DNA of 64,000 nucleotides, taken from Halocafeteria seosinensis (lineage: Eukaryota). The stretch covers positions 124,001 through 188,000 of the forward strand of contig LVLI01000080.1 of assembly GCA_001687465.1 (NCBI GenBank), written 5' to 3'. The notes under the pieces are model-generated. The model saw nothing but the letters and a program-made list of their open reading frames with translations, searched no databases and was not told where the DNA came from. The position numbers and the translations under genes are program-made. Below, in pieces: positions 35,135 to 47,800 of this stretch. Positions within the stretch are counted from its first letter, which is position 1. Every line of letters begins with the position of its first letter.

Positions 35135-38100
35135 TTACACATTACAACTATCTTCTCTATAGGTAATGTCGTTATGCACCATAGACAAGGTAGACGTCCG
35201 CGGACGGTCGGTCGAAAGCATTTGCAAGCTTTCAGGATCCATCATCTTCGTCGAATATATTCGGGAGCGAAGATCGCGGAGCCGTGAGAGTAGCTGAGCT
35301 ACATCGGCCGTCGCCTCCGATGCTCCGGCTTCATTATGGAATTTCCGGAGGACGAAATCCGCCATGTGATCACATTCGTTACACAGAGCCGAACGTTCGG
35401 CATCCCACCATTCGGACTGCTCTCTTACCAGCTCGGCTAGCCGGGCAAATTCGTTTTCCCACTCAGAGAGGATTGTTTTCTTGTCACCTTCGAGAGCGAC
35501 GATCAACTCTTGTGACTGGTGGAGAAGTTCCTGCCAACCCTTTATACTCTCTGACTCTGGCATATGTGAAGACATCATATCTGTTAGCATTCTTATTTGA
35601 CTAGATAATCTTTCCCGCTCAGTTGACCACTTCCCGTGATCAGCATTCCACCGGACGTACACGCCTTGCAGTTCCCGCTCCAGACGGTTGATCTTCCGTC
35701 TTGCAGAGAGAACCTCCTCCTGTAAAGCTGAGCTATCCTGTTCAAGACTTCTTAGAAGTGCGTCCATTTCTGCTCCTCGAGGATCCAGAGCAGCACGCAA
35801 GCGCTGGTTCTCTATCATAAGGCTTTGGTTTACCGATGAACCTTCATTCTCAGTTTTAAACCCTGGGCTGCTATGCTCAATCGCGGTTAACAGTCTTTCA
35901 TTTTCTTGCCGGGTTTTGTAAAGCTCGCGCTTCAAGTCACTGATCTCGTCTCCACTAGTGGAACTCTGGGACATCTCCCGAACGCGATCCATGTGTTCGA
36001 TGGCAGCGTCTCGTTCATTCTCCAGAAGCTCGTACTGAGAAGAATGAACATTAGCAAGAGCTGTAATTTTTTCTCGTGTGTTTGTATCTAACTGTATAGA
36101 GCCATTTGACTTATCATCGATGAGGGTTGCTATGCACTGTTGAGCAACTTCAAGCCTTCGTGCAGCACCAGCCCTCGCCGATTTCACCGCTTGGTTTTCG
36201 AGACGGTATGCTTCCAGCAACCCCAAATTGAGTTCAGAAACAAGGGGTTTGAAAAACGCGTTATAATCCAATTTGTATTCCTGGATGAACTTCTCTGCTA
36301 GTTGTTCCGCATTATCACCAGGCCGGACGTAAACATGCCCTTCTGAATCATGGCCGACATGAATTTTCAACAGGATGGATATCGGCTTTTCATCATCACC
36401 ATGCGTTGGCTCTTCCCATTTTGTAGCAAGCTTCCCTAACTCAGTGTACATGGGAGGTGGTGGTTCCAATGCAAATTTTAGTGCTTGCGGAGTCAATGAC
36501 GGAGGTTTATGTGTATGCTCTACAGGGGAAACTGACTCTGGTGAATTCGCGTCCGCCTTGCTTGATTCTCCGACTGGAACTCCTTGTATACCTTCAATGA
36601 TTTGTTGTATCCTACGCCACGTTAGCGGTGTGCTGTCACTCGCATCGTTTTCCACAGCTTGAACTAGTTTCCGTAACCCTGGCCACTCACCTAGAAAATC
36701 GTCAAAACGGAGGGCGCTGACAAAAGAACTGCGTGTTACTTGTCCACCTTCCCTGGAATCACTCAACTTATCAAATATGCGTCTTAGTCGAGCCAAAATG
36801 GACGCAGTATCTTCCTGAGATGCCCCATCTTCCTCCATGGCCGTAGAGGTCCCATTACACTTCTCCGCTGACGCAGTCTGCTCGCCATCCTCTATCGGGG
36901 AAGATGTGAAGCTCTGAACTGATCTGGCAGGACTATACAAACTATCCATCGAAGAAATATGGGGCCTTGCAGCACCCGTATGGTAGCCAGATATTTCTCC
37001 TGTGGGCATATTAGGAGGAGAATACGAGGTACCCTGAGCGGTGAAGTTTGGTGTAGTTGGGGGAGACCGTGTACCCGCACTACCAACCGAAGCGCTAGTG
37101 GAATCGGTGGTCTCGCACACCAAACGAAGCACAGATGTTTCCGGATCAATACCAGCTTCCTTGGCAGTATGTGTATCCTGTAATACTCTCCACCCTGAAT
37201 TTGTGGAGTCATCTTGCACAAATAGAGTAGCATATCTAATGTTGTTTCGTCCTAATTTCTTCAGTAGCGCCTTTCTGAGCTCCTTGACTTTAGCCACTTT
37301 TAGTTTAGGACGAGGAAGCTTTAGCGATACTTTTTTGGTTACTCCCTCCCTTAATCCGGTACAAAGTACATTGATTGAGACGCGGTCTGTCTGCTTGCTG
37401 CCCCGTCTGTAGTCTCCCGTTGGATCTTGAGGATGTGGGCTGATGCTGTCGCTCGAATCATGGGACGTTCCCTGATCCTCATGAATTGGCGGCATTCTAC
37501 CTTGTTGGGATCTAAAACTCTTTGATGGAGATCGCTCTAATTCACGTTGAAGCGTTGACAAATTGTCGATATTTCGCGTCTCTTCCATCTCATCGTTCTC
37601 TTCGTCATCTGTATCTGACCCCGTTTCGACTGAATCGTCGTCTATGCTATATTGTCTCTCAATTTCTTCAACATTCGAGGCATTCGCGTCATCATTATCT
37701 GTGTATATTTCTGCCGCATCTTCTCGAAAGCTCCGCGCATCGTCATACGCCTGGCGCCAATCTAAGGCCTCACCGTGAGTCCTGCAGCTGAAGTAGTAGT
37801 TCCTTTGACCTGTAGTTATGCTGAACACATGTGGAGTCGGTGACTTCTTATTATTAAGATTCCAACCAACGTGGAAACGGGTGTTTTCTAGGACAAATTC
37901 CCCTCGCAGTTCCTGTTTGGAGCTATCCGAATAATACATGAAACGATGAGAAGTCAGGACGCAATATCTGCATCAACAATGTACGAAGTTCCTTAGATAA
38001 AGAATCACTCTCAGATAAACTCTCCCCGGGTTACAGTACCTTTTCTTCCAGTTCTTGCCACGTGGATCTGATTTGTAAAGCCAACCCTCTCGAAATACAG

Positions 38101-38253
38101 GTGTATCGCTAGTTTCTTCAGCTAACGGAACTGCAAAAAGGGTTGACCCGCAATATTAGAGAGATAACTCTTTCCTGCTCATCCTGGCAATAACTTACTT
38201 CCACTCTCTAACAAAGATGAGGTGGACAGTCCGCGCTCCATTCTGTGCGCCAT
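35135..38253 (-). CDS. PH domain, ubiquitin-like, EF-hand-like, PFU-like and coiled-coil protein (3 exons)
   Basis: PH: REGWLYKSDPRGKNWKKRYCVL...YY....ELRGEF...FSI....RNYYFSC.T..E..DW. UBL-like: RVLQDTHTAKEAGIDPETSVLRLV. PFU-like: VYVRPGDNAEQLAEKFIQEYKLD. Long C-terminal heptads. Confidence 0.85.
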
Positions 38254-38632
38254 CTTGCTGTCGGAAAAAATTACTGCCGCCGCACGTTGCTCTTTACAAT
38301 CCCGGTAGGAATTCAATACTAATCTCAGCAACTAATGGCTACCCAGTGATGGAGTAAGTTTAGCCATCGAAATCTCCTTCCAAGGTGATTAACACGTTCT
38401 AGGGAACGCCAATCAAGCGCCGCACCAGTCGGAATCAGTTTCTCTCCTTCGCGTACAAGCCCTAGTAGCCAATGTTCTCTGTGAGGTCACATGTGGATAC
38501 AATCAGTCCATATCAATATCGGAAAACAAAATGATACCGAGAAAACAGAAGGAAGCCTTCAAAGGCCATTGATAAGAGGACGAGCGTGGGGAGTGCTGCC
38601 AACTGTGCCGTCCTGACCTACTCTTCTCCTGC

Positions 38633-38677
38633 GCACTTGTTCTACCTACTCCAGCACTTATTCTACCTACTCCAGCA
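38633..38677. repeat. 21-nt tandem duplication (2 units, 1 mismatch)
   Basis: gcacttgttctacctactcca / gcacttattctacctactcca / gca. Confidence 0.9.
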
Positions 38678-38899
38678 GGTATAAGCAAACAATTCGTGCC
38701 TATGTTAAACGTACCATCCATACTGTGATCTGTATACCTAAAAGTGGCCGCAATGGGGTGTAAATCGACGATATCGTGTCGAACTCCACCACGCTGTGAT
38801 ACACACGTACTGCTACCTATCCTATACGCAATGCATGCAGATAACAGCAAGACAGTTAGATCCGTAAAATACTCGTTCTAACTCTATATGCGCTATTCA

Positions 38900-39070
38900 C
38901 CCACCAATACCTTGTGATCTTGGCCAATGTATAGCCTGCGCGCCAAATTGAGGCAAGCTTTTATCCCGACTCAACCAGACTGCAAGCCCCAAACTCTGTC
39001 CTTTGTCGGAAATTAGTACCGTCCACACTCGGCATCCATGTCCACAGTCTAAAGTATGAAGCAGCTTTGT
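38900..39070 (-). pseudogene. Possible very old remnant of the PFU-like region of the adjacent PH gene
   Basis: KLLHTLDCGHGCRVWTVLISDKGQSLGLA vs SILLKIHVGHDSEGHVYVRPGDNAEQLA, followed by a shared ccaaattgag (LNL; 38943 vs 36223). Confidence 0.35.
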
Positions 39071-39504
39071 ACAAATTGTGTCAGTGATATCATATATTAC
39101 ACTTAATCGGAATGGATCAATACTCCACATGTATCTATTTACTTGCCAAGGCTGGAACTGTTCCAGGAGCTGTTCTATTTAGAAAATAATTTCATTAGAA
39201 CAGTAATAAGCAACGGTTTGTACTACCAGTCTTTGTCTAACAACGACGACGACGTCTTGTCGTCGTCGGACTCTTCGCACACGCTTACACTCTTACTTCT
39301 GATGACGATATTCGTCTTCCTGGTCGCGGATCACTTTCGATCCAAAGAGACTTAGTTTTTCTTCTCCTAGGGAACTAGTGGCAAGCTTGCTAAACCATGC
39401 CTTGTCAACTACCCATATCGCTAGGTCGAGCCCATACGGTCGTCCTAATCTAAGAATACGGGTGATCATCCAAAAGCCATCAGTGGCCAATCACCAAGGC
39501 GATT

Positions 39505-40148
39505 TCATTTGGGAACAGCGTAGTAGTTCCCTTCTCTGCTCGCACTAAGTCTAATGAGTTCTTCTCCCTTCTCTTCTTCCGGTATGATAGTGTCTTCGCG
39601 TAGTTCTCTCGCACTACGCAAGGGATGCGTTTCCGCCGTGTTGGTCCCTCGCAAATGCTGACGTTCTTTCACCCATCGCTGCGCTCAAACAACATTCGCG
39701 CTTAATAAGCTAAAATTGAGTGGAAAGATGAAACCGAGTTACTCACATTCATTCCTCGAGCAGCTTGCAGGATAGAATTCAAGTCTTGCTTCAGAGAATC
39801 TCGGATGGTCGAGCTGGAGGGCAACAAGAGCATCGATAATTCTGCTATATGAGCAAGCTGCAACCAGCATCGTAACATATGTCAAAAGTACGCAAGTCAT
39901 CCAAAACTTTATCTATGAACGATATTGCTCCTTACTCTAGCGTCTGTTAGTTCTTCCTCTACATGAGTTGTTTGCTTAGACAATTGAGACCTAACTGACC
40001 ATTTCGGTCGCTGTAGGAGCTCTTCGTCCTCTTGGGCAGATTCCAGAGCCTTCTTCCGTGGTGTGGCATCCGCTACTGTACCTGTTGTGGCGTATCGTCT
40101 CGGTGTAAGGGGTGGAATGGCTCTATATCCACGGCGTAAACAATGCAT
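39505..40148 (-). CDS. GATC: Mitochondrial Glu-tRNA(Gln) amidotransferase subunit C-like (3 exons)
   Basis: Arg-rich presequence, LAHIAELSML.L......LKQDLNSIL and LREDTI.......LIRLSASREGNYYAVPK-stop, as in GatC. Confidence 0.78.
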
Positions 40149-40357
40149 GACGTGAAGGGGAAGAGCTTATTGGTGTAATCTTGGCTGGATTGTCAAGGTT
40201 TCCTCTGTATTCCTACAAGTATATCATGAGATAAGGTATAGTATAAATCCTTATCTTACATTATACAACAATCCTAAGTTACCGTAGAATCCTTGCAAGA
40301 AGGCATAACTTCTGTTTGCAATTCAAATACCCTTGGACACGGGTATACAGCGCTATA

Positions 40358-43300
40358 ATGGCTACCTGGAGCAATGCTTCAAGGGATGGAGTTCCTAATG
40401 AAGATGAGAAGCCTCCCTTGTTCCCATACGATCTCCCACGATTGCAGGCCAAGTACTGGAAACCAGCTACGTCGGCCAAAGCAGCTATCAAGCCACACAG
40501 CATGGTGTCTTCGCAGTGGTACCAGCATTTCGGAGGGATATGCCCTGTTGACAGAAAGAAAGGTACAACCATTTGGTCAAGGTGTTGTCAGGATAGGGAG
40601 AAAGAATTTCCCGGGTTTGTTGTGGCCACGCCGTATGACACTTCCATCTACGAAATCCGGCCGCTTCCGACGCAACGAGACGTAGAAAATGGCGAAACAA
40701 AGTACGTCAATAGCAGAGTGAAAGTGGTGCAGAGTGTTGCACATATGTTTGGTATTCTGTTAATCTTACAGAGGTGTTGTTTCCGACGAGCGACCACGAT
40801 TGTTGTACGAGCTAGCTACCCCACAGGATGTGTTGTTTCAGCCTATATCCATGGGCGAATCTGCCCCCGATGTGGCGTGGGGCTTCCGTCTGCATCATTC
40901 AGATGATTGTCAAAAAGACAATGCTGATCAGAGCTGTGGGAGCAACGCTACTTCCATTATTGCTGTCCTAAGGGGGAGCATGATTGAGTACATTGATGCA
41001 AAAAGCGGCACGAGTATTTCCATCAGGGATGTGATGGGCGAGCTGGAACAATCATCCTGTGAGTTACTACAGAATCCAACCTCGATCCATCATGCTGGCT
41101 CTTCAGCTTTCGTTTTTACGTGCAACTACACCTTTGCCGTTCATGATATTGGCGTAGAAGGCTTAGCATTCCATGCGCCACTGCCCTCTGAGCTTCAAGA
41201 AGTTCCAGAAAATCTGTGTCACTCAGTTTGTCCTATTGGTGATGCATCGTCGTACATTCATGTGACTGCGTCAAACAACTGCTCCAAGAGCCTATGTATT
41301 GCACCGTTTATGGCAACAGGACATGGCGATGGTGTCGTTCGCATATGGGAGACTCGAAGTTTGTCCGTTCTTACGACTATACAGACCCATGGACCAATAC
41401 AGATTATCAATGAATTATCGCTTTGCCCTGACGGTAAGCAGCTGCTAGTACAAAAGGAAGGATATGGCTTTCGAAGGCAAGGGCTCCAAATACCCAATAA
41501 GACTTCTGCGTTCTCTGATGACCAGCTTCTTGCGCATCCTTGGGTTTTCTCGTCAGTACGGAATTTCCGCGATGGACTGAAAGCCTGTTGGCCGGAGGAA
41601 GAACGTATGGCACAGGAATTTTTGGGCGCGTATTCGGCGAAGACGTTTTTTGCTCCGTTTGAAGATCTATCGCAGTTTGAAGTTGGGAAGAGATTCCGAG
41701 CGGCTTCTTCAGGTTGGTGTCCGCCAATCGTGAAAGCCTGCAGTTGCGCAAGTACAAGGATAGCCACGTGGATTGAAAGAGCCGTCTCATCGGCAGTATG
41801 TGGCCAATTCCTCATACTTGATATACAAAGCGTTCTAGAGTTCACCCGCGGGACCTGCATGACTTTGGATGACGACCTATATGAATTGTTTACTAGTAGT
41901 GGCAGTAAACTCGAAGAGCAACATAACATCCTTCGAACGCGGTCATTCACAACGCGACAGATTTCAACGGAGTTCACTGGTATCATGCCAAGCAGTTGGT
42001 CTCCTTGTGGTCGTTACATCGCAACGGGCAGCAAGAGCGACAGGTGTCCGCTTTTGTTTTGGGAACTTACCGTGAACATGTCGCCCGTTGAAAGTTCGCT
42101 TCATTGTGGTGTTGAACTGACCAGTGCCCTGTCATTCAATTTCAACATGTGTGAAAAGGAGCGTGCACAGGAAGCCGTCGATCCGAATGATTCCTTTTGT
42201 TTATCTGTTTCACTGTTGCCTCACGCGGTGTGTGGATGTGTCGCGGCAATTGACTGTCGCTCGGATAGGGTCACCCTGTTTGGACGAGGTGCAGATTCGC
42301 CAGCGTCAAAGGATGCCTTTGTTTCTGGGGGTGGGGCTGGGGGGTCTATCCGCGTATCAGGTAGTCTAATGGAGTACGATCTAATTGACCAGATTTGGCG
42401 GCAACAAGAGAGGAGAAAGCGGAGTTGGGTGCATCCTTCGCTACAGAGGAGTTGTCAGTTGTGTGATCGGGAACGCGCTGAGAGCTATCAAAATGAGGAG
42501 TCTAATAGTGAAGGCACTTGCTCCGCAGGGACTTCCAGTGTCTCGTTTCTATTCTCAACAATACGAGAGGAGCTCATGCGCAGGCTTGGCGTAGCAACAC
42601 TACAGACAGAATTGGCTGGGGCTTCACGCAAGTCTGTTGTGGAAACGAAAATATCAAATTCCGTATTTCGACAATACCGCCATTTAGCTTCCATGCTCAT
42701 ATCTTACAGTGACATCGCAGAAGATCTAGATAGGATTTGCTATGGGAGTGCATCAGAGAGGGCAATCGAAGAAGACGACGAGGACGGAGAGGAAATAGAA
42801 GGTTCGTAGTCAACATTGCACCTCATCTTCTTATTGGAATGATGTTTTCCTTGCTTGCAGGTTGGCGGCAGGCTGTGGAGGAGCATCATGGCAACTTTTG
42901 CAGTTGGGAAAGAGGATATTGCAACCAACAAGTATACGTATGCATTACATGCATGCGCCGTCAGATGTACCAACAAGCCCACCGAAGACGTGAAGAGCGG
43001 AGCAGTAGACCTGCGAAAGCTAGGCGCGTAGACAGTAGTAGTGTCCCAGCTGCAGCCTCCAACGACACCCTTGAAGATTTTAGAGCGTTTCCCTTGGCAT
43101 TTTGCGGCAAGTGCATACAGTACTGTCATCAATCGAAGGGCCACGTCTTTGCCAATATAGGGATGAAGCAAAATGTTCGTTGTGATTGTGGAACAAGGAG
43201 AATGCAGCTTTGTATGAAGGGCATGAACCCTCATGCTCCGGAGAGTTATGACGATTTTAGCAATCCTGACTACAGATGTGAACTGTGCCCCTCAAAAGAA

Positions 43301-44232
43301 AATGGTAAGCGATTTCACTTACGAAGTCATCGTATAAGCGCCTTATACGCGACTCTGTTCCAGATAATGCTACAGAAACGTCTAATGGCAACTCAACAGA
43401 CACCCATCCTTGTTTTCGGGAGAATAGGGAAAATCGATACGATCATTCCTACTTCTTCCGCTTTTGCTATTGCAACCGTGTGGAGGAACGGCCTATGGTA
43501 CAGTGCTGCTTTTGCGATGATTGGTTCCACAGCATTTGTATTCATAATCAAGAAGATAATGATGTGGACGTGACCATGGAACCGTTTTTGTCATGCGAAT
43601 TCATGTGTGAAGACTGTAGGTTCACCTGCCTACCATTTCTTGACGAACATTCACTTCAGACTGCCGCTGAGGCAATAGCTGATGAGATCGCAGCAATGGA
43701 AAATGCTCACGACTCCCAAGGGCAGAACTCTTCGGAAAGAAGGAATGTTGTTGGGATTAAACTTGGCAAGGGCGTTCTACTATATTCTTCTTGGTCCCAA
43801 CGACTTGGACCTCAACATCAAGAGCATATCGAGCGGCTGCTGGAAGCTCCAGAGACGTACAGCTATCACAGATACATGAACGAGGTCGTCAATGAAGGCA
43901 TGTTGCTGGCTCCTGTGGAAGAACAGCTCCGAGCAGACCAAGAAGCCGAGAGCTCTGGGTCTTCGTGTCTTTCGGCAACTGAACGTGCTCGTCTCTTTGC
44001 CGGGCCAGATGGCGACAGTGAACAAGTGGATCCTACGGAGCTCATGCGAAACGCCCTATCCGGAGATGCGGAAGCTGGGGTCGAAACCATATTCCGGACC
44101 TTCTATACGAACACTGTAGTGGATATGATAAGGAATGCAGCCAATGAAGGTCGCGAAACTATCACGGAGGAGCAGGTACGTGAATACTTTAGAGGAAGGA
44201 ATGCAGCTTCACGAAGGAACAGGGAAAGGTAA
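40358..44232 (+). CDS. WD40-like region fused to a UBR7-type UBR-box plus PHD finger (4 exons)
   Basis: WD-like FMATGHGDGVVRIWE and SWSPCGRYIATGS. Intron 42802-42860 joins EEIEG to WRQ..CSWERGYCNQQVYVCITC, FCGKCIQYCH..GH and GMKQNVRCDCG. Intron 43304-43363 leads to NRYDHSYFFRFCYC..MVQCCFCDDWFH..EFMCEDC. First intron 40702-40771. Confidence 0.78.
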
Positions 44233-44284
44233 CCGATCTGATTGAGCATACTTGTAGCTCTCTGAAATCTGAAATCTTTGTTCA

Positions 44285-44680
44285 AACAGAAGTGTGAATT
44301 GCCCCCGCAATATCTCTCCGTTTCGTAAAACAAACGATAGGATTTCGGCTAAACAGAATACCTTTTAAGAATACCCACAAGTTGTCCACACCTTGTGTGG
44401 CAATGTGTCTCCATTCTTTATGTAATTCCCCGTAAAGTCGAACAAACACAAACAGGTGGACCACCATGAAGTACTTGGTAGTCGTTATAGGGTAGCTTCG
44501 CCACCCTCCACAACAGCTTAATAGCTTGGGTTGGCATACATACTGGCCACAAAGCTTGAGATTTCAGAATCTGATTTCTTCAGTAAAACTTCAACTTCAA
44601 GCATTCCCGTTTTCCGCACGCCCATATTTCAAACACGGAGGAAAGGAATCCGGCTAGAAACAAGCTTCCTTTTCAGGCGT
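44285..44680 (+). pseudogene. Decayed copy of the UBR7-like 3' region, downstream of the gene
   Basis: acagaagtgtgaattgcccc (44286) vs acagatgtgaactgtgcccc (43272); LHSLC vs FHSIC; gtggaccaccatg vs gtggacgtgaccatg; GIRL vs GIKL. All colinear. Confidence 0.55.
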
Positions 44681-44855
44681 ATTGGAGGTCTTATAGCTCG
44701 TAATTTACAAAGAAGAGGAAGCATTTGGTGTTTCTCTTTGCTATCCTTTGCTTGAGTAAACTGCTTTCCGTCAAGAGTCTTGTTTGGTTAGATAACCGTG
44801 GTTTCGCTTCCTCCAAAAGTTCAAAAAAATTGGCTTCCGCGGATATTAGCTTATA

Positions 44856-47800
44856 ATGGTCCGTCAAGGAAGCCGTAGGAGAGCATCTCCCTCCTCTTCG
44901 ACACGAAAGAAAAAGCAGGGAGATGATACAACTGCTGGCACTGGAGAAGTGGGAAGTGACAATGAAAACGTAGCAGAGGAACCGAGCACGTCAACTCGAA
45001 CACGCGCAGGAAGCGGTCGGAGACGCGCAAAACCATCGTATTTTGAGCCTGATGAGAGTGAAATAAGTGTCCAGGAGAATGAGAGTCCTCAGAAGGAGAA
45101 GAACTCTACGAAGAAGAAAGGATCATCTCCTCCAACTAAAGGACGGAACGCAAAGAAGGGAGGAAGCGACCCGAAGACGAGGAATCGAACAGGAAAACGG
45201 AAGGCATCATCTCAAGAGGAAGAGGAGGAAAGGGAAGACGACCACGAAGAGTTTGATGGCGAAGAAGATGTCTCATCATCTGAGGATGAGGACGAGAATG
45301 GTGACTCGTATGAACCAAGTCTCAAGACAGTGTAAGTGTGAATCCGTGGTATTGTAGGTACCCCGAAGATATATGTCGATCGCGCCTTTGTCATTCAGAG
45401 CGAATAAAAAGAAGGGCAGTAATAACATCACCAAAAAGAAAAGCACACCGACAAAAAAACCGGGCGAAGAGGGCTCCGAGAATGAGTTTAGCGACGAGGA
45501 CAAGGGGCAGCCGGTACGTGAACCCCTCTTAGCAAGTTTCGTCTCTCTGAAATACTTGATGCAACCCCTTTTCTCTTCTTGATTTTCGGTACCAGAAACG
45601 TTCACGCAGCAAGTCTCGCAAAGATGGTGGAAGAGGTATCAGCAAGCAAAATGATCTATTTCGTATGTTCCGCCAGCATAGAATGTCCAGGGCTAAAATG
45701 CTTATGCTATCCATTTGTCGATTCTGCAGAATTAATCTGCCGCAACGATGTAGAATCGGCTATTGCACGTTGGTTGACTGTTTTTCAAGTAAGTTCTACG
45801 ATGACTATCTTGCTTGATAAAAGCTGTATGTGGACTCTGTGCTCACCCGTCTTGCAGCGTCATGAGTCAGTCTCGTTGAAGAACCTCTTAGAGCTAATGC
45901 TCGTCGTAAGTGAATCTATGTATATGTATTTGCCTGCTTTTGCACTGGAGATCGTTGTAAACGCAGTGTAGCGGATGTGAGAGCGCGGCTGTTGATACTC
46001 TGCTCAGCAATTTCTCAGTCCAGACATTCGATGTCGAAGAATTTGTACGTCTGATGAGTGTACGGCGTTAGCGACATAGTATAAAATATATCAAGGTCAA
46101 TGCAGAGTGAGACTCTGAAGGAGGACCAAGTAAAAATGCAGAAAGACTACCCACTGGTCTCCAAGAACTCCCAATTGAAACACTGCCTCTCTGGATTCAT
46201 CACTTTCTGGCGACAGTTACCAGGAGCTCTTGGGATCCGGTATTTAACCCACAACAACGAAGCTACCGTTCAACTGTTAGACTGGATGGTTCACCTAAGT
46301 CATAGCTCGCAAAGATCTGTCCGCCATGTTGGTTCTGTGTCGGCTCTCTCGTTCGGCATTGGGCTAATTGAAATTGTCCATGAACTCGATGATAAAAAGG
46401 AAACTCTCTCTCCTCAAAAGGGCCGTAAGAGTCCCTCTAAAGTATCGGAGAGTACTATCGAAGCTCAGAAAAAGGAGCTGCTGGGGATGCTCCATAGCTT
46501 GCACACCGATGTGTTGGTCAATCGATACCGCGACGTATCGTTTGCTGTACGGAGGGACTCTATTCATCTCTTCTGCCAGTGGCTAGTGGAATACCCCTCT
46601 GAATTCTTGAAGAATGAATACCTTAAGTATTTTGGCTGGTTACTCAACGACAAAATGGCAGACGTGAGAAAGTCATCGCTTTCTTCGGTGCTGCAACTCT
46701 TAAGTACATCCTCTCACTTCTCTCAGAGGATGAAAGCGTTCCTCGAAAAGTTTCGTCCAAGGCTCCTAGAGATGGTTCGTGACGTTGATGATGACGTATC
46801 GGTCGAAGCCTTGCGTGTGTTATCACTTATGCTGGAGGAAAGATTTCTCCAAGAAGGGGATGAGCAGGAAGTGGAGGAAGCAATGGTCTGCCATGAAAGT
46901 CTAGTTGTCAAGGAGACTGCTGCGAAGTTCTTGCTAGCTTATATACCGGCATTCCAACCTGGATACGAACCTGATGTAGACGAAGACGTCTCTTCGGAGC
47001 AGCGGAAGAGACATGTCCGCTTCGATCAACTCTTATCCCTCGTAGATGTTTGTGAAAGGCATTTAGGAGCCCTCGAACGAGTCGATGAAGACGAGGCAAG
47101 TTTGATTGGGGGTGGAGAAATGGGAGTCCCATGTCAAGAGATGAGATCCATTATAGAGTCACTCTGGCAGAAGCCGGGCGCAGAAGTTTTACATGATTGG
47201 AATGTTCTAGTTGGTTTATTCCTAGAAGATCCAGTGGCCCAGAAACTCTCCCCGACACAGCAGAAGCTAGGTGCAACGATGATGAAAGAAGCTGCCTCAT
47301 TGCTTCTTTCCACTTATAAAGAGCAAGGCGAGCGTAGCCCGACGTTTCGGCTTTGGCGGGAGAGATATAGTGTAATGACAGAGGAAATCTGTCGAAATTT
47401 CCCAAGTCTTTGCGAGCAGCACCTAGCGGAACCCGGTGTCCTTGCTCAACTACTGGGAATGGCCCGGCAGATTGATATAAGCGTACTTATAGAGAGTGAA
47501 TACTCGCACTCGCTTGAGCAAATGCTGGGTGTGGTGAAGCAGATGGTAAAACGGCATAACGTGGTTGCCTTCGTGCACGAATGCGCTTCCCTTCTTAGGT
47601 TGTTTCTTGAGAGTAACCATGACAGCTTAGTTGAAACCACCAAAGCATGTTGCCAGGAAATACTTGACACCATCGCTCGAGAGGCGAACGAGTTTGTGCC
47701 CTTAAGGGCTGACGCAGGCAAGAAAAGAAATCGCAACTCTTCAAATGAAAACTCTATGTTTATTAGGGGGGTATTGAATCGCGCAGCCGGATTGGCACCG

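Noticed and set aside
39143..39355. Plus-strand ORF with LRR-like LFYLENNFI
   Set aside because: One imperfect repeat, non-ATG start and no gene structure.
41258..41986. Long antisense ORFs (for example 242 aa here, and others opposite FAH and SCC3)
   Set aside because: They lie opposite well-supported genes and have no recognisable motifs.
32165..44854. Repeated 14-mer GGATATTAGCTTAT at 32165 and 44841
   Set aside because: Several repeated 14-mers are expected by chance in 64 kb, and the orientation relative to the neighbouring genes differs.
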